Numbered from the stretch's first letter, positions 27,619-41,600 are shown. The stretch is DNA of 64,000 bases from Rhizophagus irregularis (GCF_026210795.1 NC_089430.1:3410001-3474000); one strand, 5' to 3'. Made by a program: numbers and translations. Notes: generated by a model not told the origin, from the letters alone.

Positions 27619-28619
27619 GGGTTGGTCACCCTATCTCGGTGGTTAGTCGTGAGGGGCCACCTCATTAAGCCTGAGTATGGTGAGGTCGCAGGTTCGATTC
27701 CCATGACCACGGAAATAAAAAGAATTTTACTGCGGACGCTACAACCAATAGCGTGAAGGTACAGGGATTAGTGTAGTTGGACTGCATCATGGTGAATCAG
27801 TGTGTACGGTTAGGCCGCACATTTCAACTAAGGCGCCGCGTTTCCTTCTAACGTTCCCATGCAGGCCATTGGTAGTGCGCAGTCCCTGTCCTTGAGGTCA
27901 CTACTATACCTTGGGGTACTTCCGTTCAGGTGGTCACTCCACGATACCACTTGGGGTCAGTAATGGCTAGATGGTTGTCCTAGATGGTAAAGCTGAGGGT
28001 GCAATGTCTTAGTGGTAGTTTGACCTTCTGTTAGGTGCTTAGACCAACCAAGGTGTTCGTGCACAGAACAGGTAGCATGGTTATGGGGTTCGATTCCAAA
28101 CTCACTTGGGTCCTGCTTATGATCGCCTGGTGGCCGATACCCACAATAAGGGGTGATCCTGGACAGAAGCCTGCTACTTCCTGTCCGAGTGGTCACTACA
28201 AAGTATACCACTTGGGGTAAACAACTGTACTATCGGTGCTAGGTAATCGCGGGCTGTAGTGGCCCTTTGAGTGAGGCTTAGTCACCTAAAATGGTGGTAT
28301 GGAAGGAAGTACTAGATGGTTGATGTTACCTGTCGAAAGTCCTCCATGAAAGTAGATGCTCTCTAAGTGCGTTAAATAAATTGAGTATCGGTATCATGCA
28401 ATGGGTATAGGATGAGTAGGCGGCGTGTACCTAGCTTCAGATCAGCCTATAATGGCCCGATGGGGGATGTCTTCTATAGTGGTGCTGTTACCTGAGGAAT
28501 TAAGTACTCGGTATAATGGTTGCCCATTGAAGATGATAGGACACAGACCCGAGATTAGTCTCATAAGAGGCAATGGGTGGTCTGGCCGTAAACATTAGCA
28601 AAGGAAAAGGATAAAACTA
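27619..28619 (+). mobile_element. ~1-kb tRNA-headed SINE-like unit 2
   Basis: Direct tandem copy of unit 1, ending GCAAAGGAAAAGGATAAAACTA. Confidence 0.7.
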
Positions 28620-28762
28620 AAAAACTAAACTAACTCTCTTCTGTTGCCTTCACGACAATATTGCGACAAAAAATAAAAAAGATTTTTTCGAAGTATTTTT
28701 ATTATTTACTTTGCGTTACTATTCACTATTACATATTTTAGTTCTCCCTTCTACTTTTAGCT

Positions 28763-30770
28763 ATGACTAACAAACGAAATAATAAAGCTTCTGGTACTTC
28801 TGCTCCAAAACGTTCTGCCCAAAGTCCTCCTTCTGGCAACGTTCAAGGTCAAGGTTCTTCTGCTTCTACTCCTGGTCCTACTTCACAACCTTCGACCGAC
28901 AACTTAGCAAAACGTACTCGGGTTTCTTCTGAACCCGTTATGGACCAAGACAATATTTTAACTCCTCCTGCTCCTCAGGATAATACTTTAACTTCCTCTT
29001 CCCCTCCCGTTGACAATAACGTGTCCCCTTCAGCCCTGACTCTGGTACCTCCCTTGATGACTCCCAACACTCCCCTTCTAACTCTGCCGATAAAGGAAAA
29101 TCAGTAGAAATTTTGCCTCCTGAACCTGAACGTGCCGTGTTTCCTGACGCGTCTACTGCTGCTATACAATCTTCCCCCCTTCGCTTTTATGCTGCGGCTG
29201 CGCCTTCTACTATCGAAGGATTTTGGACCTACTACAAAACTAATCGCGAAGCTTGTGACGTGACTGACCGAGAATTCTCCTCCTTTTCCTCTTATGGAAG
29301 TAAAGTTACCACTCAAGGATCAGGCGATAATAAACTTATTGTTGTCTACTTCTGCTCCAAACCCGATATGGAAAAAGCTATCGCTGCACCTATCACCTCC
29401 ATGCATGATCTACAGTTCCACGAACATGACCCATCTGCTAAAAAGGCAGATGAACAGCTTCGTACCCTGGTAGTTACCGACATCCCTCTCTTTGTTACAG
29501 ATGCACAATTAAGGGGCACTTTCTCCCGTTATGGTATTGTTACCCACTACCGCACGCGTCTTTCGAAACTTTATCGCACTGCGTATATAGTTTTTGATTC
29601 CACCGCCTCCATGGATCAATTTGAGAACACGTGGGCTGTTCTTTGTACTGGACACTGCTTACGCGTCTGTCCTGCTTCTCATTCACCTGATCAACGCGCT
29701 GTTAGACGCGCCCATGTAGCTCCTTCGCCGGCCTTCCTCGCGGTTCTGTTGCCGCTGACCTTTCCGAAATTGCTGAAGAAGTTTCCGCTAAAAGCGTCAA
29801 CGTCCCTTTCTCCTACAATTCCTACAACCCTAAACCTTACGCTTATGTACATTTTTCCTCTGCTGCTACTAAAGAATCGGCCATGGGGATTACATGTGCT
29901 CTCAAATCAATTGGTCTTACTTGGCATGAACCTACCGAAGTCTTCTCGCTTTGTCATCGTTGTGGTCGCCCTGGTTGTAATCCAGACAGATGTGCTTCGT
30001 CACGTGCTCCGCCGCGTCCTTCTCGCCCATGGTCTAGCAATGACAAATTGCGTGAATTATACAACAAACATTTACCTCCCTCTCATCCTGCTAAACGTCA
30101 TAATCGTTTTGCACGTCCTGCTAATTCTGAACAGAGATCTTATGCTGATGTCGCTGGTAGAAGAGTTCCTTCCCGTTCACAGTCTCGCCCTAGATCTTCA
30201 CGTTCGCGCTCTCGCCCTAACAATCGTCGTCGTCCTCATCGTCCTTCTCAATCTGAATTGGAGCACGACGTTGCTGCAATGGATGTTCCGCCTTTGATGG
30301 ATTGGCAATATATTACTGAACAAATTACTATTATACTTGAAGAGATTACTCACCTCACCACCGAATTTGCTCAACTTTAACATCGTGTCAAATGGTTGGA
30401 AGATCAACATTCTTCTTCTCCTCCTCCTCCTGTCTCCGATTCCCTACACCCTCAGGCTCCCCTTGTTCCTGTACCTGAGCCTATGAATCAAGGATGGGAT
30501 AATGCTGAAACCTCTGATCCTAGACGTCTTAGTGACAATCTCATGGATTTTAGTTCTCCAGCTTCGCCACCAAATGGCCCTAATTTCACTGCTCGATCGC
30601 ATCTTCCTCTTCCTCCCCGTATGAGTTTAATCCCTGGCCTTGCCACGTAACCACAAGATCGCCTTTCCTCCCTTACTGCTACAGTTACTGAACTCACCAA
30701 AACAGTTCAACAAGGCATGGCTCAACAACAACAATTCTTGGCTGCTCGCGATAACGTGAACTCCCAATAA
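28763..30770 (+). CDS. LINE ORF1 (gag-like RNA-binding protein; RRM-like and Cys knuckle), frameshifted
   Basis: ORFs 28763, 29113, 29883 and 30396 join by frameshifts or stops. RRM-like RTLVVTDIPLFVTDAQLRGTFSRYG...TAYIVF, knuckle CHRCGRPGCNPDRC and an RS-rich tract. Confidence 0.7.
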
Positions 30771-30824
30771 ATTTTACTACCGATTATTTCCCTTTACTAC
30801 TTACTCTTTTATCATAGTGTAGTA

Positions 30825-33800
30825 ATGATGGACAATACAAAACATAATTTTTCTCCTCACCCTTCTCCCCTCATTAAATTTGGTCAAATTAATGTTAATG
30901 GTTTATGTTCTCCGGTTCGACAACATCATTTGCTTAATTTTTTTCTTCACTCTTCTTTTGGTGCTTTGTCTTTAAATGATACTCGCCTTTCCCCTTCAAA
31001 TGCTAAATTTATTTTTAATAATGAACATTCCCAACATCACTTTAGGTCCTATTGGGCCTGTTCGACTTCTTCTCGTCCTCATGATGGTGTTGGCATTTTG
31101 CTTCGTAATCCCCTTCATAAACATGTTCAAACAATTGACTCTTGGCATGGTCGTCTTCTTAAATTAGATTTATTTTTTCACCAAACAAAAATTTCTATTA
31201 TCTCTTTATATTATCCTCCCTCTGGTTCCGTTCATCAATCTATTTGTAATGATCTTATTGCCAAACTTCTTTCTTGGCTTGATCACGCTCGTACTAATAA
31301 TTACTTTGTAGTTATCCTTGGCGACTTCAATGTTGATGAAATCGCTCATTCCAACTATTCATCCAATCATTTCAAACTTTTTCGTTTACTCTCTTCTCAG
31401 TTTTTTACCGATCATCAAGCTCATTCTTCTTCTGATGGTCCTGATCCTACCTTTTATCATGCCAATGGTTCTTCCAGACTAGATTATATCTGGTCTTCAC
31501 CTGGTTTTCCTGCTCCTGGCTTATTTTCACAAGTGGTTGCTTGTCCTTATCTTTTGGATCGTCCTTTTACAGATCACAAAGTTCTGATAACTCTTTTTGA
31601 CTTCAGTTCTTGTTTAGCTATTTTGGCTAAATCTCGACTTAAACAGAAAAAAGAGATGCGTACTGTTTTCTCTTACACTTCCACTTCAACTGACCAATGG
31701 GATAATTTTACTGCTGAAGTGGATGATTCTCTTGGAGTCTATTTAGATAGACAATATAATTCTCGTCTTGATTTCTCTTCTCTTTCTCTTGATTGTATGT
31801 GGCATGCTTTAAAAGCTGCCATACTTAGTGCTGCAATTGAAACATTACCCTTTCAAAAAGTCTTTAATACACACCGACATTCGTATTCTCCTGAATTAAC
31901 TAAACTTATTGCTATCAACAAGTTTTTAGATCGATTTTTATATCGCCTTACTACTCGTCGTTCCAACCGGCCTACACAAATTGCGCAAATGACTGCTGCT
32001 TTACCCTCCCATCTTGAGAATCTTGCATCCTTGCTTCCTGATTATCTAATTCCTACCTATTCCACAACTCCTGTGTCTGTATTTAAATCGTTTTTACGAT
32101 CACAGAAGAACTTAGTTTCTGCTTTTTTATCTTCTAAATTCGCTCAACACCTTACGGACTCTGTGGAATACTATACCGCATTACGTGATGAACATTTTTC
32201 GAACTCGCTTGGCACTTTTATAGACTCTGCCCTATCGGTTGATAAACGTTCAATTGTTCTTGACCGCGTCCTGATTGTCCTGGACTCTACTCCTACCCTT
32301 TTAACGGATCCTTCGGATATTAAACAAGCTGCTATTACTCACTTTCAAACAATTGTTTCTCCTCCGTTGGTCCGTCATTCTTCCATTGCTTCATTTCCTG
32401 CTCGGTGGCAACAAGCTTACACCCCCCTTTCTGGTGTATCCGCTTCTTTGTATGACCCCGTTTTGGCGCCTATCTCTTTACAAGAATGGTCTGCTGTGAT
32501 TTCCTCCATGCCTAATAACAAAGCTTCCGGCCCTTCAAAAATTTCTTATGAGATGATTAAACATTTGTCCGGTGAAGCTTTAGATTTTTCTCTTTTACTT
32601 GCCAATACCTGCCTTTCTCACGGCTTATATTCCTGTTGACGGGCGTGGAAGCCTACGCGGTTTATCCTATTCCTAAACCTCATGACTTTGATGCTCAACT
32701 CAAGAACACTCGACCTATTACTCTTCTGGAAACGGTTCGAAAATGTGTAGTTAAAGTCGTCACTAATCGTCTTTCTAATATCTTTGCGGACAATAATGTC
32801 CTTCAAGGAGGTAACTTTGCGGGTTTACCTGGTGGTTCTACTGATGTCCCTATTAAGATGCTTGATGCGATCATCCATCAGCATAAACATGACTCTTCTG
32901 ATGATCAGGAATTATGGATCGTTTCTCAAGATATCTCTAAAGCTTTTGATTCTATGGATTTGAATATGCTTAAATTAGCTTTAGTTAGACTACATATTCC
33001 TGCACTTTTAGTGCAATTTATTTTGAATCTCTTTACACGACGAAATAACAAAATTATCACTTGCCATGGCAATACAGCTGCTTATCGAGTACGTGTTAGT
33101 ATCGATCAAGGAGAGATTATTTCCCCTTTACTCTGGGTTATTTACTTGGATCCCCTACTTACTGTTTTGAATCAAGAAGCACGAGATCCCTTTGTCTTGA
33201 AATCTTCAGCTCTTTTAGAATATTCTCCACTTGATTTTGAACAACATTCCTTACCTATTTCGCATTTAACGTTTATGGATGATTCTACACTTGTAGCTTC
33301 TTCGAAAACTGGAATTGAAGATCGTTTTTCTATAACTGCTGAATTTTATACCTTGAATAATGTTCAAGCTAATTCCGCTAAATATGTTCTTCTTTCCTCT
33401 TCTTCCCCTTCTTCGAGGATTGTTTTTGATCTTTCACCTTCTTCCTTAGTTTCCAATTTGTCTCTTTCCCTTTCTTCTTTGCCTTTGAATACTTTATTCC
33501 GTTTTTTAGGAGTTTGGTTTTGTTTATCCGCCTCTTCCCAATTTGTGCTTAAACAAGCGCGTTCCATGGTTAAAGATATGGCTGCTCTTCTTGGTCCGAA
33601 GAAATTATTGGCGCAACATGTAGCCTATTTGTACAATGCTATCCTCCTCCCGCGATTGGAATTTCGTCTTCAAACTACTCTCTTCTCTGAAAACACTATT
33701 CAATCAATTGTTACACCTATATTTTCAGTTATAAGAAGGAAGGCTGGTCTCGCTGCTACTACTCCATTAGCTTTGCTCTTCTTGAAACTTCCTTTCTCTA

Positions 33801-36221
33801 TTCAAAATGCCTTTTACCGCTTTCTTTCTTCTCACGTAGCTTCTTGGCAAAAGATTTTCACTCATCCAGATTTTAGAGAGTTTGCCAATTATGCTATTTC
33901 ATATCTTCAAGGCTTTTTGGGCGCGGAGAGTTGCCCGGCTACCATCTGCTTAGAGCCGTGGTCACAAATTGTTTCTTTACGGACACATACTTTGTTTAAC
34001 ACTCTTTTGTTTTCTTCACGACTTAATATCACGTGGTCTCTTTCTTTTCGACCTCCGAGGCGTGATCTACAACCAGCTATGCCACTCCGATCCATTCTAC
34101 CACCTTCTATCTTTCAGACAAGTTGGAAACTTTGGAAAAATTTGAATTTGTTTGTGCTTGCTCAACTGGTTTCTCCTTGTGGACGTTACCTTATGAATTG
34201 GCCTGATCTTCGGTACCTTGGTGTCGTTGGTCGCAAAGGACGAATTCCTACTTGGTTTAATTTTATTATAAATAATTTTCTTTCTTTCTTCTTCTTCTTC
34301 TTCTTTACTTTTGCCTTTGTATTTTATTAAATTTTCTTTTACTTTAGCTTCTCCTTGTTTATTAGATCGTACTGTTAAAGATTATTATTTTTATCCTCAA
34401 TGGGCTATTAATCTTGATTCTGCTACCCAAACTTTATCTGTTGGCCGTGTGTGTATCACCTACAAGAAACAAAACTCAGCTATCATGTCTCATTGGCTTC
34501 CCGTATCTACCTCGGCTGATGAACGAACTTATAACCCTTGCCCTGGCTGTGATCTTAATATTCCAGCATTATCCAAGAAATCTGCCATTAAACAACGCTG
34601 TAATAGCGAGAAGTGCTTTTTTAATGTAATCTTATCGGAAACTGTGGGCTATCCTACCAGAAATGCCAAAGTATTTGCGGCTTATCTTCCCATAACTTTG
34701 TCTACTTCATGGAGTTACGCTACTTCTTTGGCCCTTGTTCATTTGACGAATTTACCCTCAGCTGGCTCTTCCACCCTTTCTCCTCCTTCTCAAAATAGGA
34801 TAGAAGAGGATGTCTTGCCACCTTCTGTGCAATCTTTGTATACGGATGGTTCTTTCCGTCCCGCTGAAGATCCTTTATCCTCTTCCATGGCTTCTGCTTG
34901 GATTGCTCTTGATGATGATGGATTTATCCTTGAATCTTCATCCATGCATCTCCCTTCTTGTTTCCCTTCAGCTTTACGTTCTGAAATTTATGCTGTTTTA
35001 TTAGGATTGAGCGCCCTTTCCCGTGACTCTTCAATCTCTATTTATACTGATTGTAGTCAGTTAATTTCACTTTGGACACGTTTCGTTGATTCTCCTTTTT
35101 CACCGAAGTTGCTTCGCGAACCTAATCATCTTCTCTGGCTTTCTATTCAACAACTTATCATGGATTGTAATCTTAAAGTCGTTTTGATTAAAGTCCCTGC
35201 TCATGGCGATGACATCCACAATATACAAGCGAATTTTTTGGCAAAAGACGCTCATTCATCTTTACAACCCACCGTTTCACCTTTGGCATTTTGTTATGCT
35301 CCATGTTTATTGACTTTTAACTCTTTGCCCATTGACCTGAATATTCGTCATTTTCTCCGCTCTATAGCAGACGCTTGTGCTCTATTATCTTTTTGTTCAC
35401 TGGCACGCTTTACTGCTCTTGGTTCTCCTTCACTTTTTGATTGGGCTGGTATATATTTTTGCCTCTCACAAATTAAAGGTTTTGCTTCGCATAAGAATGG
35501 TCGTCCTGAATTCTGGATCTTCCGCATCAAACTCCTTTTGGACATATTGCCTACCTTAACTACTCTTCAACAACGCAAACCTTATTTATATTCTCCTGAT
35601 TGGTTTTGTCCACAGTGCAACTCAGCTCCTGAAGATTTGAATCATCTTTGGACTTGTCCTTATATTCTACCAGATTTAAATCCGTGCTTAACACATCGTT
35701 CTGAAATAATCAAATTCAGAGATTCTTGTTTATCTTCGTTCTTAGTTTTAAAGCCTTTGGATATTACCTTCCAAACTGGATTCTCTGCTTTAGACTGTTG
35801 GAATTATGAATTTCCTTCGCCGACCTGTCTCTGGCTTACTAGAGGATTATTACCTGCGCATTTAACAGCATTTTTAAATCGGCATTTTCCCCTTTCTGTT
35901 ATATACAAAATTATTTCTCCTCTTCTAAACGACTTTCAAATCGCGCTTTATGGTGAAATTTGGTTGTGTCGGAATGTTCTTTTCCATGCTTGGGAAGAGT
36001 CACAGGGTATCTCGGCTGCTTCCAAATTACGTGGCCCGTCTACAAATTCTTCTTCTATTGCTACTTCTTTACATAAACACAACTCTTCTTTGGCGACAGT
36101 TTCTCAGGATTCCTGGATTTCTTGGATATCCTCTTCTATAATTCGGGGTGGATCATGGATTTCGCACTTGGATTTTCTGCGCCGCTTAACAGTTCAACCT
36201 CTTAGGATCTCTTTCTGGTAA
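30825..36221 (+). CDS. LINE ORF2: AP endonuclease, reverse transcriptase, RNase H, Zn finger (frameshifts near 32.63 and 34.3 kb)
   Basis: APE: QINVNG, GDFN, SRLDYIW, TDH. RT: KASGPS, RPITLLE, QDISKAFDS, QGEIISPLLW, FMDD. RNase H: LYTDGS, RSEIYAV, IYTDC, KVPAH. Zn finger CPQC...HLWTC. Confidence 0.9.
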
Positions 36222-36494
36222 CGGACTGGATTTTTGGATGTTGGATAGTTGACTCACACTGGCCTTCGGGTAAAGTTGGGGTATGCGATTCTGTAATAGT
36301 TTAGTTTTTCTTTTCTTGAATTTATTCTAGTTTAGATTTCTTTATTTGAATGAATCGTGAAGCTATTTTTTTTTTTATTTTTTATTAGTTTATTTTCTTA
36401 TTTTTGGAATATTGTTCGATCACATTCTCGAAGTTTAAATATAAATAAAAGATAAAGTCATAAGACTGTTTGCAAAGGAAAAGGATAAAACTAA

Positions 36495-37503
36495 GGGTTG
36501 GTCACCCTATCTTGGTGGTTAGTCACTGAGACCCTCATTAAGCCTGAGTATGGTGAGGTCGCAGGTTCAATTCCCATGACCACGGAAATAAAAAGAATTT
36601 TACTGCGGACGCTAAAACCAATAGCGTGAAGGTACAGGGGATTAGTGTAGTTGGACTGCATTATGGTGAATTGAGTATAATTAACGGTTAGGCTGCACAT
36701 TTCAACTAAGCGGTCATGGTATCCTTCTAACGTTCCCTATGAGGCCATTGGCATGCGCGCAGTCCTGTCCTCGAGGTCACTACTATACGCTTGGGGAAAA
36801 GCTTCCTGTCCGGTGGTCACCTACGATACCGCAGGGGTCCGAGTAATGGCTAGAAATCGTCCTAGAAGGTAAAGCCTGGGCAGGGTGCAATGTTTTAGCG
36901 GTGAGCGAGACCTTCTGTTAGGTCTTGAGACCAACCAAGGTGTTCGTGCACAGAACAGGTAGCATGGCCCTAACGGGGTTCGGATTCCCTACTCCTTGGG
37001 TGCCTGGTTGGTGATCTCCCCGGTGGTTGATACCCACCATAAGGGGCGATCCCTTGGACAGACGCCGCATACTTCCCGTCGAGTAGGTCACTATAAAGTA
37101 TACCACTCGGGTAAACAACTATACTATCGGTACTAGGTAATCGCGGGCTGTAGTGGCGGCCTTTTGAGTGAAGACAGTACCTAAAATGGGTGGTATGGAA
37201 GGGTACTAGATGGTTGATATTACCTGTCGAAAGTCCTATGAAGTAGATGCTGTTTAAAGGTCCGAAATAAATTGAGTATCAGTATCATGCAATGGGTATA
37301 GGATGAGTAGGCGGCGTGTACCTAGCTTCAGATCAGCCTAAAATGGCCCGATGGGGGATGTCTTCTATAGTGGTGCTGTTACCTAGGAATTAAGTACTCG
37401 GTATAATGGTTGCCCATGAAGATGATAGGACACAGACCCAAGATTACTCATAAGAGCAATGGGTGGTTTGGCCGTAAACGCTTGCAAAGAAAGGATAAAA
37501 CTA
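36495..37503 (+). mobile_element. ~1-kb tRNA-headed SINE-like unit 3
   Basis: Direct copy of unit 1 with many small indels. Confidence 0.7.
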
Positions 37504-38486
37504 GGGTTGGTCACCCTATCTCGGTGGTTAGTCGCTGAGACGTCAAGCCTGAGTATGGTGAGGTCGCAGGTTCGATTCCCACGACCAGCGGAAATAAAAA
37601 GAATTTTACTGCGACATAGCAATGCGTGAAGGTACAGGGATTAGTGTAGTTGGACTGCATCATGGTGAATTAGTGTATACGGTTAGGCGCACATTTCAAC
37701 TAAGGGTCGTAGGTGTCTTTCTAATGTTCCCTATGAGGCCGTTGGCATGTGCGCAGTCCCTGTTCTTGAGGTCACTACTATACCCTGAGGGGGGGACTTC
37801 CTGTCCGGGTGGTCACTCTACGATACCGCTTGGGGTCAGTAATGGCTAGATGGTCGTCCTAGATGGTAAAGCTGAGGGTGCGAATGTCTTAGTGGTAGTT
37901 TGACCTTCCTGTTAGTCTTAGACCAAGCCAAGGTGTTCGTCATCGAACAGGTAGTATGGCTATGGGGTTTGATTCCCTACTCCTTGGGTCCTGGTTGGTG
38001 ATCCCTGGTGGTTGATACCCACCATAAGGGGTGATCCTGGACAGATGCCTGCTACTTCCTGTCCGAGTGGTCACTACTAAGTATACTACTTGGGGTAAAC
38101 AACTGTACTATCGGTGCTATGTAATCGCGGGCTGTAGTGGCCTTTGAGTGAGACTTAGTACCTAAAATGGTGGTATAGAAGGGTACTAGATGGTTGATGT
38201 TACCTGTCGAAAGTCCTCATGAAAGTAGATCTTTCTCTAAAGGTCGTTAAATAAATTGAGTATCAGTATCGTACAATGGGTATAGGATGAGTAGGCGGCG
38301 TGTCTCAGCTTCGATCGGCTAAAATGGCCCGATGGGGGATGTCTTATAGTGGTGCTGTTACCTGAGAAATTAAGTGCTTTCGGTATAATGGTTGCGTTGA
38401 AGATGATAGGACGCGAGCCGAGATTAGTGCCATGAGGCAATAGGTGGTACGCCGTAAACGACTTGCAAAGGAAAAGGATAAAACTA
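37504..38486 (+). mobile_element. ~1-kb tRNA-headed SINE-like unit 4
   Basis: Direct copy ending TTGCAAAGGAAAAGGATAAAACTA, after which the host MITE resumes (CCACCATTCGATTCG). Confidence 0.7.
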
Positions 38487-38688
38487 CCACCATTCGATTC
38501 GTCTCGGTGAGACGATTACAGCAATATGATACATTTTTGTACGATTATTAGATGCCAAGTTATTTAATATATTCTTTATATAACTGTGATTATAAACGGT
38601 TCTTTTTAATATAAGATTTTTGAGGATAGGTGTGATAGTGACTATAGATAGATTGTGACTATATAGGATAGATTTTAATAATAAAGTG

Positions 38689-41600
38689 GCAAATATATCG
38701 TTTTTGATTAAGGAGGTGATGCTTTTTGATTATAGAAGTTAGTTGTACAAACTGTTGTATCGTTTTTGATTATTGAAAAAATAAATGTATCATTTTTGAT
38801 TATTGAAAAAAAAATTCTATCGTTTTTGATTATTGAAAAAAAATGTATCATTTTTGATTATTCGATAGTATCACGTTTTATTTATTTAATTTATACTTAA
38901 CAAGTTAATGTATCATTGTATAACATTTAACGCGTTCACATAATACTTTTCACACGACAAATGGTTCAATTCTTTTTCTTTTCCAAAAATTTTGATTTCT
39001 CTTTTGATATTTTTTTCTTTATTATATAATAGTTTTTATAATATATTTTGCGTTTTATAACCTTGTTTATATTTTTTACGTGATAATTATTTGTAATAAT
39101 TTTCTTTCTATAAATTTGTGTAACGTTACTATACTGTATATTATAATATGGAAACTTACGAAAATCAAATCAAATACAACGATGATGGCTCAGTAAATGT
39201 ACCATTTGGTCGTGCTGCAGAATGGTATATATCAAATGCAAATCTTTTAAAAAATTATCGCTTAAAAAATCAAAGTAGACAAGTTACTCCTAAACTTGTT
39301 AAAGCTGGAATCTTAACGGTAGAACGTGTACAAGGGGCAATAGATTACTTAGCATGGAAAACTAAAACTGGAACGGTAAAATCAACAAATCGTATTGATG
39401 ATGTTTTAGTTTTAACCAGTTTAGGAAGAGATCTGGTTTCTCAAATTGAATTAGGATTAGCCAAAAACCAACAATGTTGGTATTGGGTTATGTATTGTTC
39501 GGGTGATGGAGGCAACTGTCAAAGATTATGCGGTAGTGTTGGAAAATGTAATGAAAATTGCGAAAATTATAATTTACGAAATAATTTGAAAAATGGAAAT
39601 GATATGCACCATTGTAGTGTCAGAGTTATTTCTGAATGTCGGTTATCTTGGCTATCATTAGAAAATCCATTGCGAATTACCATTCAAGGAACTCATCGTA
39701 CATTTTACAATAATAATATTCCTAAAATTTCAAGAATAAATTTAACTTATTCTGTCAGAGATTCGATAGCATTAAGCAGAAGAGCAGACTACAGGACAGC
39801 CAAAGGGATAAAAGCGAAATTATTAACATCACTTAATGGTGCATCAGAAGAAGTAATTAACAATGCATTAGCAAGCCAACGTATAATATGTAATAATGAC
39901 AAACTCTGGCAATTTGTTGCCAGAGATGATAAGAAATTAAAGGATGATACTGGTCCTTGGACTCAGCTTGATAGTTTAGTAAATAATATATTAAAATCTC
40001 AAGGTTTTATATTATATTATCAAATAGCAGACATTAATCAACCAGCTGATTCATGACCGATATTATCAACTTACAATTTCTGATGAGTTTTGGTTAAAAA
40101 ATGCTCGTGATTACGGTAAAATCTGTATCGGAATAGATGGTAAATATGATTTAAATTTGGACCGTGCACCGGTATTATCAATTGTCACGAGAATAGTGCT
40201 GGTTGCGGATTGCCTGTTGCATTTGGTAAGTAAAATTTGACATATATTAAATTATTTAGTATATAATTTATTGTAATTTATTAAATTGTAAATAAAATAT
40301 ATATATTAGCGCTATTTAATAAGGAAAATCATCATACTATAAAATTGGCTATTGACGCTATTAAAAAAAATATCCCATATGATAACGAGTTCTGTGAACA
40401 CAAGTGGTACTATGAAAATCTTTTATCTGGAAACGGATTTCAACGAGTTCGTGAATGTCAAAACAATAATTGGAAGCCATATATCTTAATTGATAAGCAT
40501 AGACCATCTAAACTTGCTATCCAAAATGCTTCACATAAACCAATTTTATGTTGGTTTCATATTATGAAAACTTTTAGTGAAAATTTAAATAAATGGCAGA
40601 TACCTGCAAAATTCAGGTAAGTTATATATTATATTAATTTTTTTTTATTAAAATTGATAACTAATTAATTATTTTATTGTTTAGATATCCAATAGCATTA
40701 GCGTTTAAAATTGTAGGTCGTAGTCGAACTGAAGAAACTGCCATTGAAATGGCTAAGAAATATATCGAATTTATTAACACTCTTCCATTGGAAAAAACTA
40801 AAAAAGATAAATTAATAGATGATTTATCTAAAAATTGGATGTGCACGGAGTGGAAATTAAGTTTTATTGATGCTGGTCGTATTTCCAAAAACATTACAAA
40901 CAGATTTTCATGGACTACGAACAATTTTACAGAACGGATCAATAGGACAATTGAAGCAGTATATAGTGGTAAACAAACACCATTGACATTTGTTGAACGA
41001 ATGTATGGAATAAAATTTCAAAGTGAAACTATTGTAAGTCATGAAGATTTAAATAAGTTTGAATCTGGTTTAGTTACTTTATTCAATACTCAAACGATTG
41101 AACAGGTAAGAATTTTTTCGTTATCATTTTTAAATAATATTATTAAATTAATTTATTTTAAATTATTTATAGCAAACTAAAGATGATATGATATGTTGTG
41201 ATAAACTTCGAAGATTAAATCAAGGAAGATTAGATTTTCTTCTTAATATGGTTAAGATATCATCAGACCAAAATACTTTTCTTGTTAAAAAAAAATCTGA
41301 TGATTTATTCGTATCTTCTTATGATGATAAGCCTTTGCGTCTAGATGAGAAAATTGTACGAAAATTAAATGATATGATCAATTTTCTTATGAAATCTTTA
41401 TTATCCGAAAATGTAATATTAGAACAAGGATTTCATATATGTAATGTTATTACTGGTGAATGTACATGCTGGGAATACATATGGAATAGTTCATTACGTG
41501 ATAAATGTAGGCGCTGTCATGCAGCCACTTTGCTTATAGAAACACAACAAAAAGGACATCTAGAAGTTGTAAACGAAGCAAAGAAAAATCTTGTTCTCTA

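Larger units (their letters stand above)
28620..36493 (+). mobile_element. Full-length non-LTR retrotransposon (LINE) with ORF1 and APE-RT-RNaseH ORF2
   Basis: Two-ORF layout with short UTRs. Flanked on both sides by GGAAAAGGATAAAACTA; no poly-A tail. Confidence 0.9.

Noticed and set aside
26509..28220. Short ORFs within the 1-kb units (also 36491-38440)
   Set aside because: Frames are not preserved between the four copies and show no protein motifs; the units look non-coding.
26621..38486. LTR retrotransposon or DIRS element
   Set aside because: No protease, integrase or YR, and no TG...CA ends. The pol has an AP endonuclease and a non-LTR-type RT.
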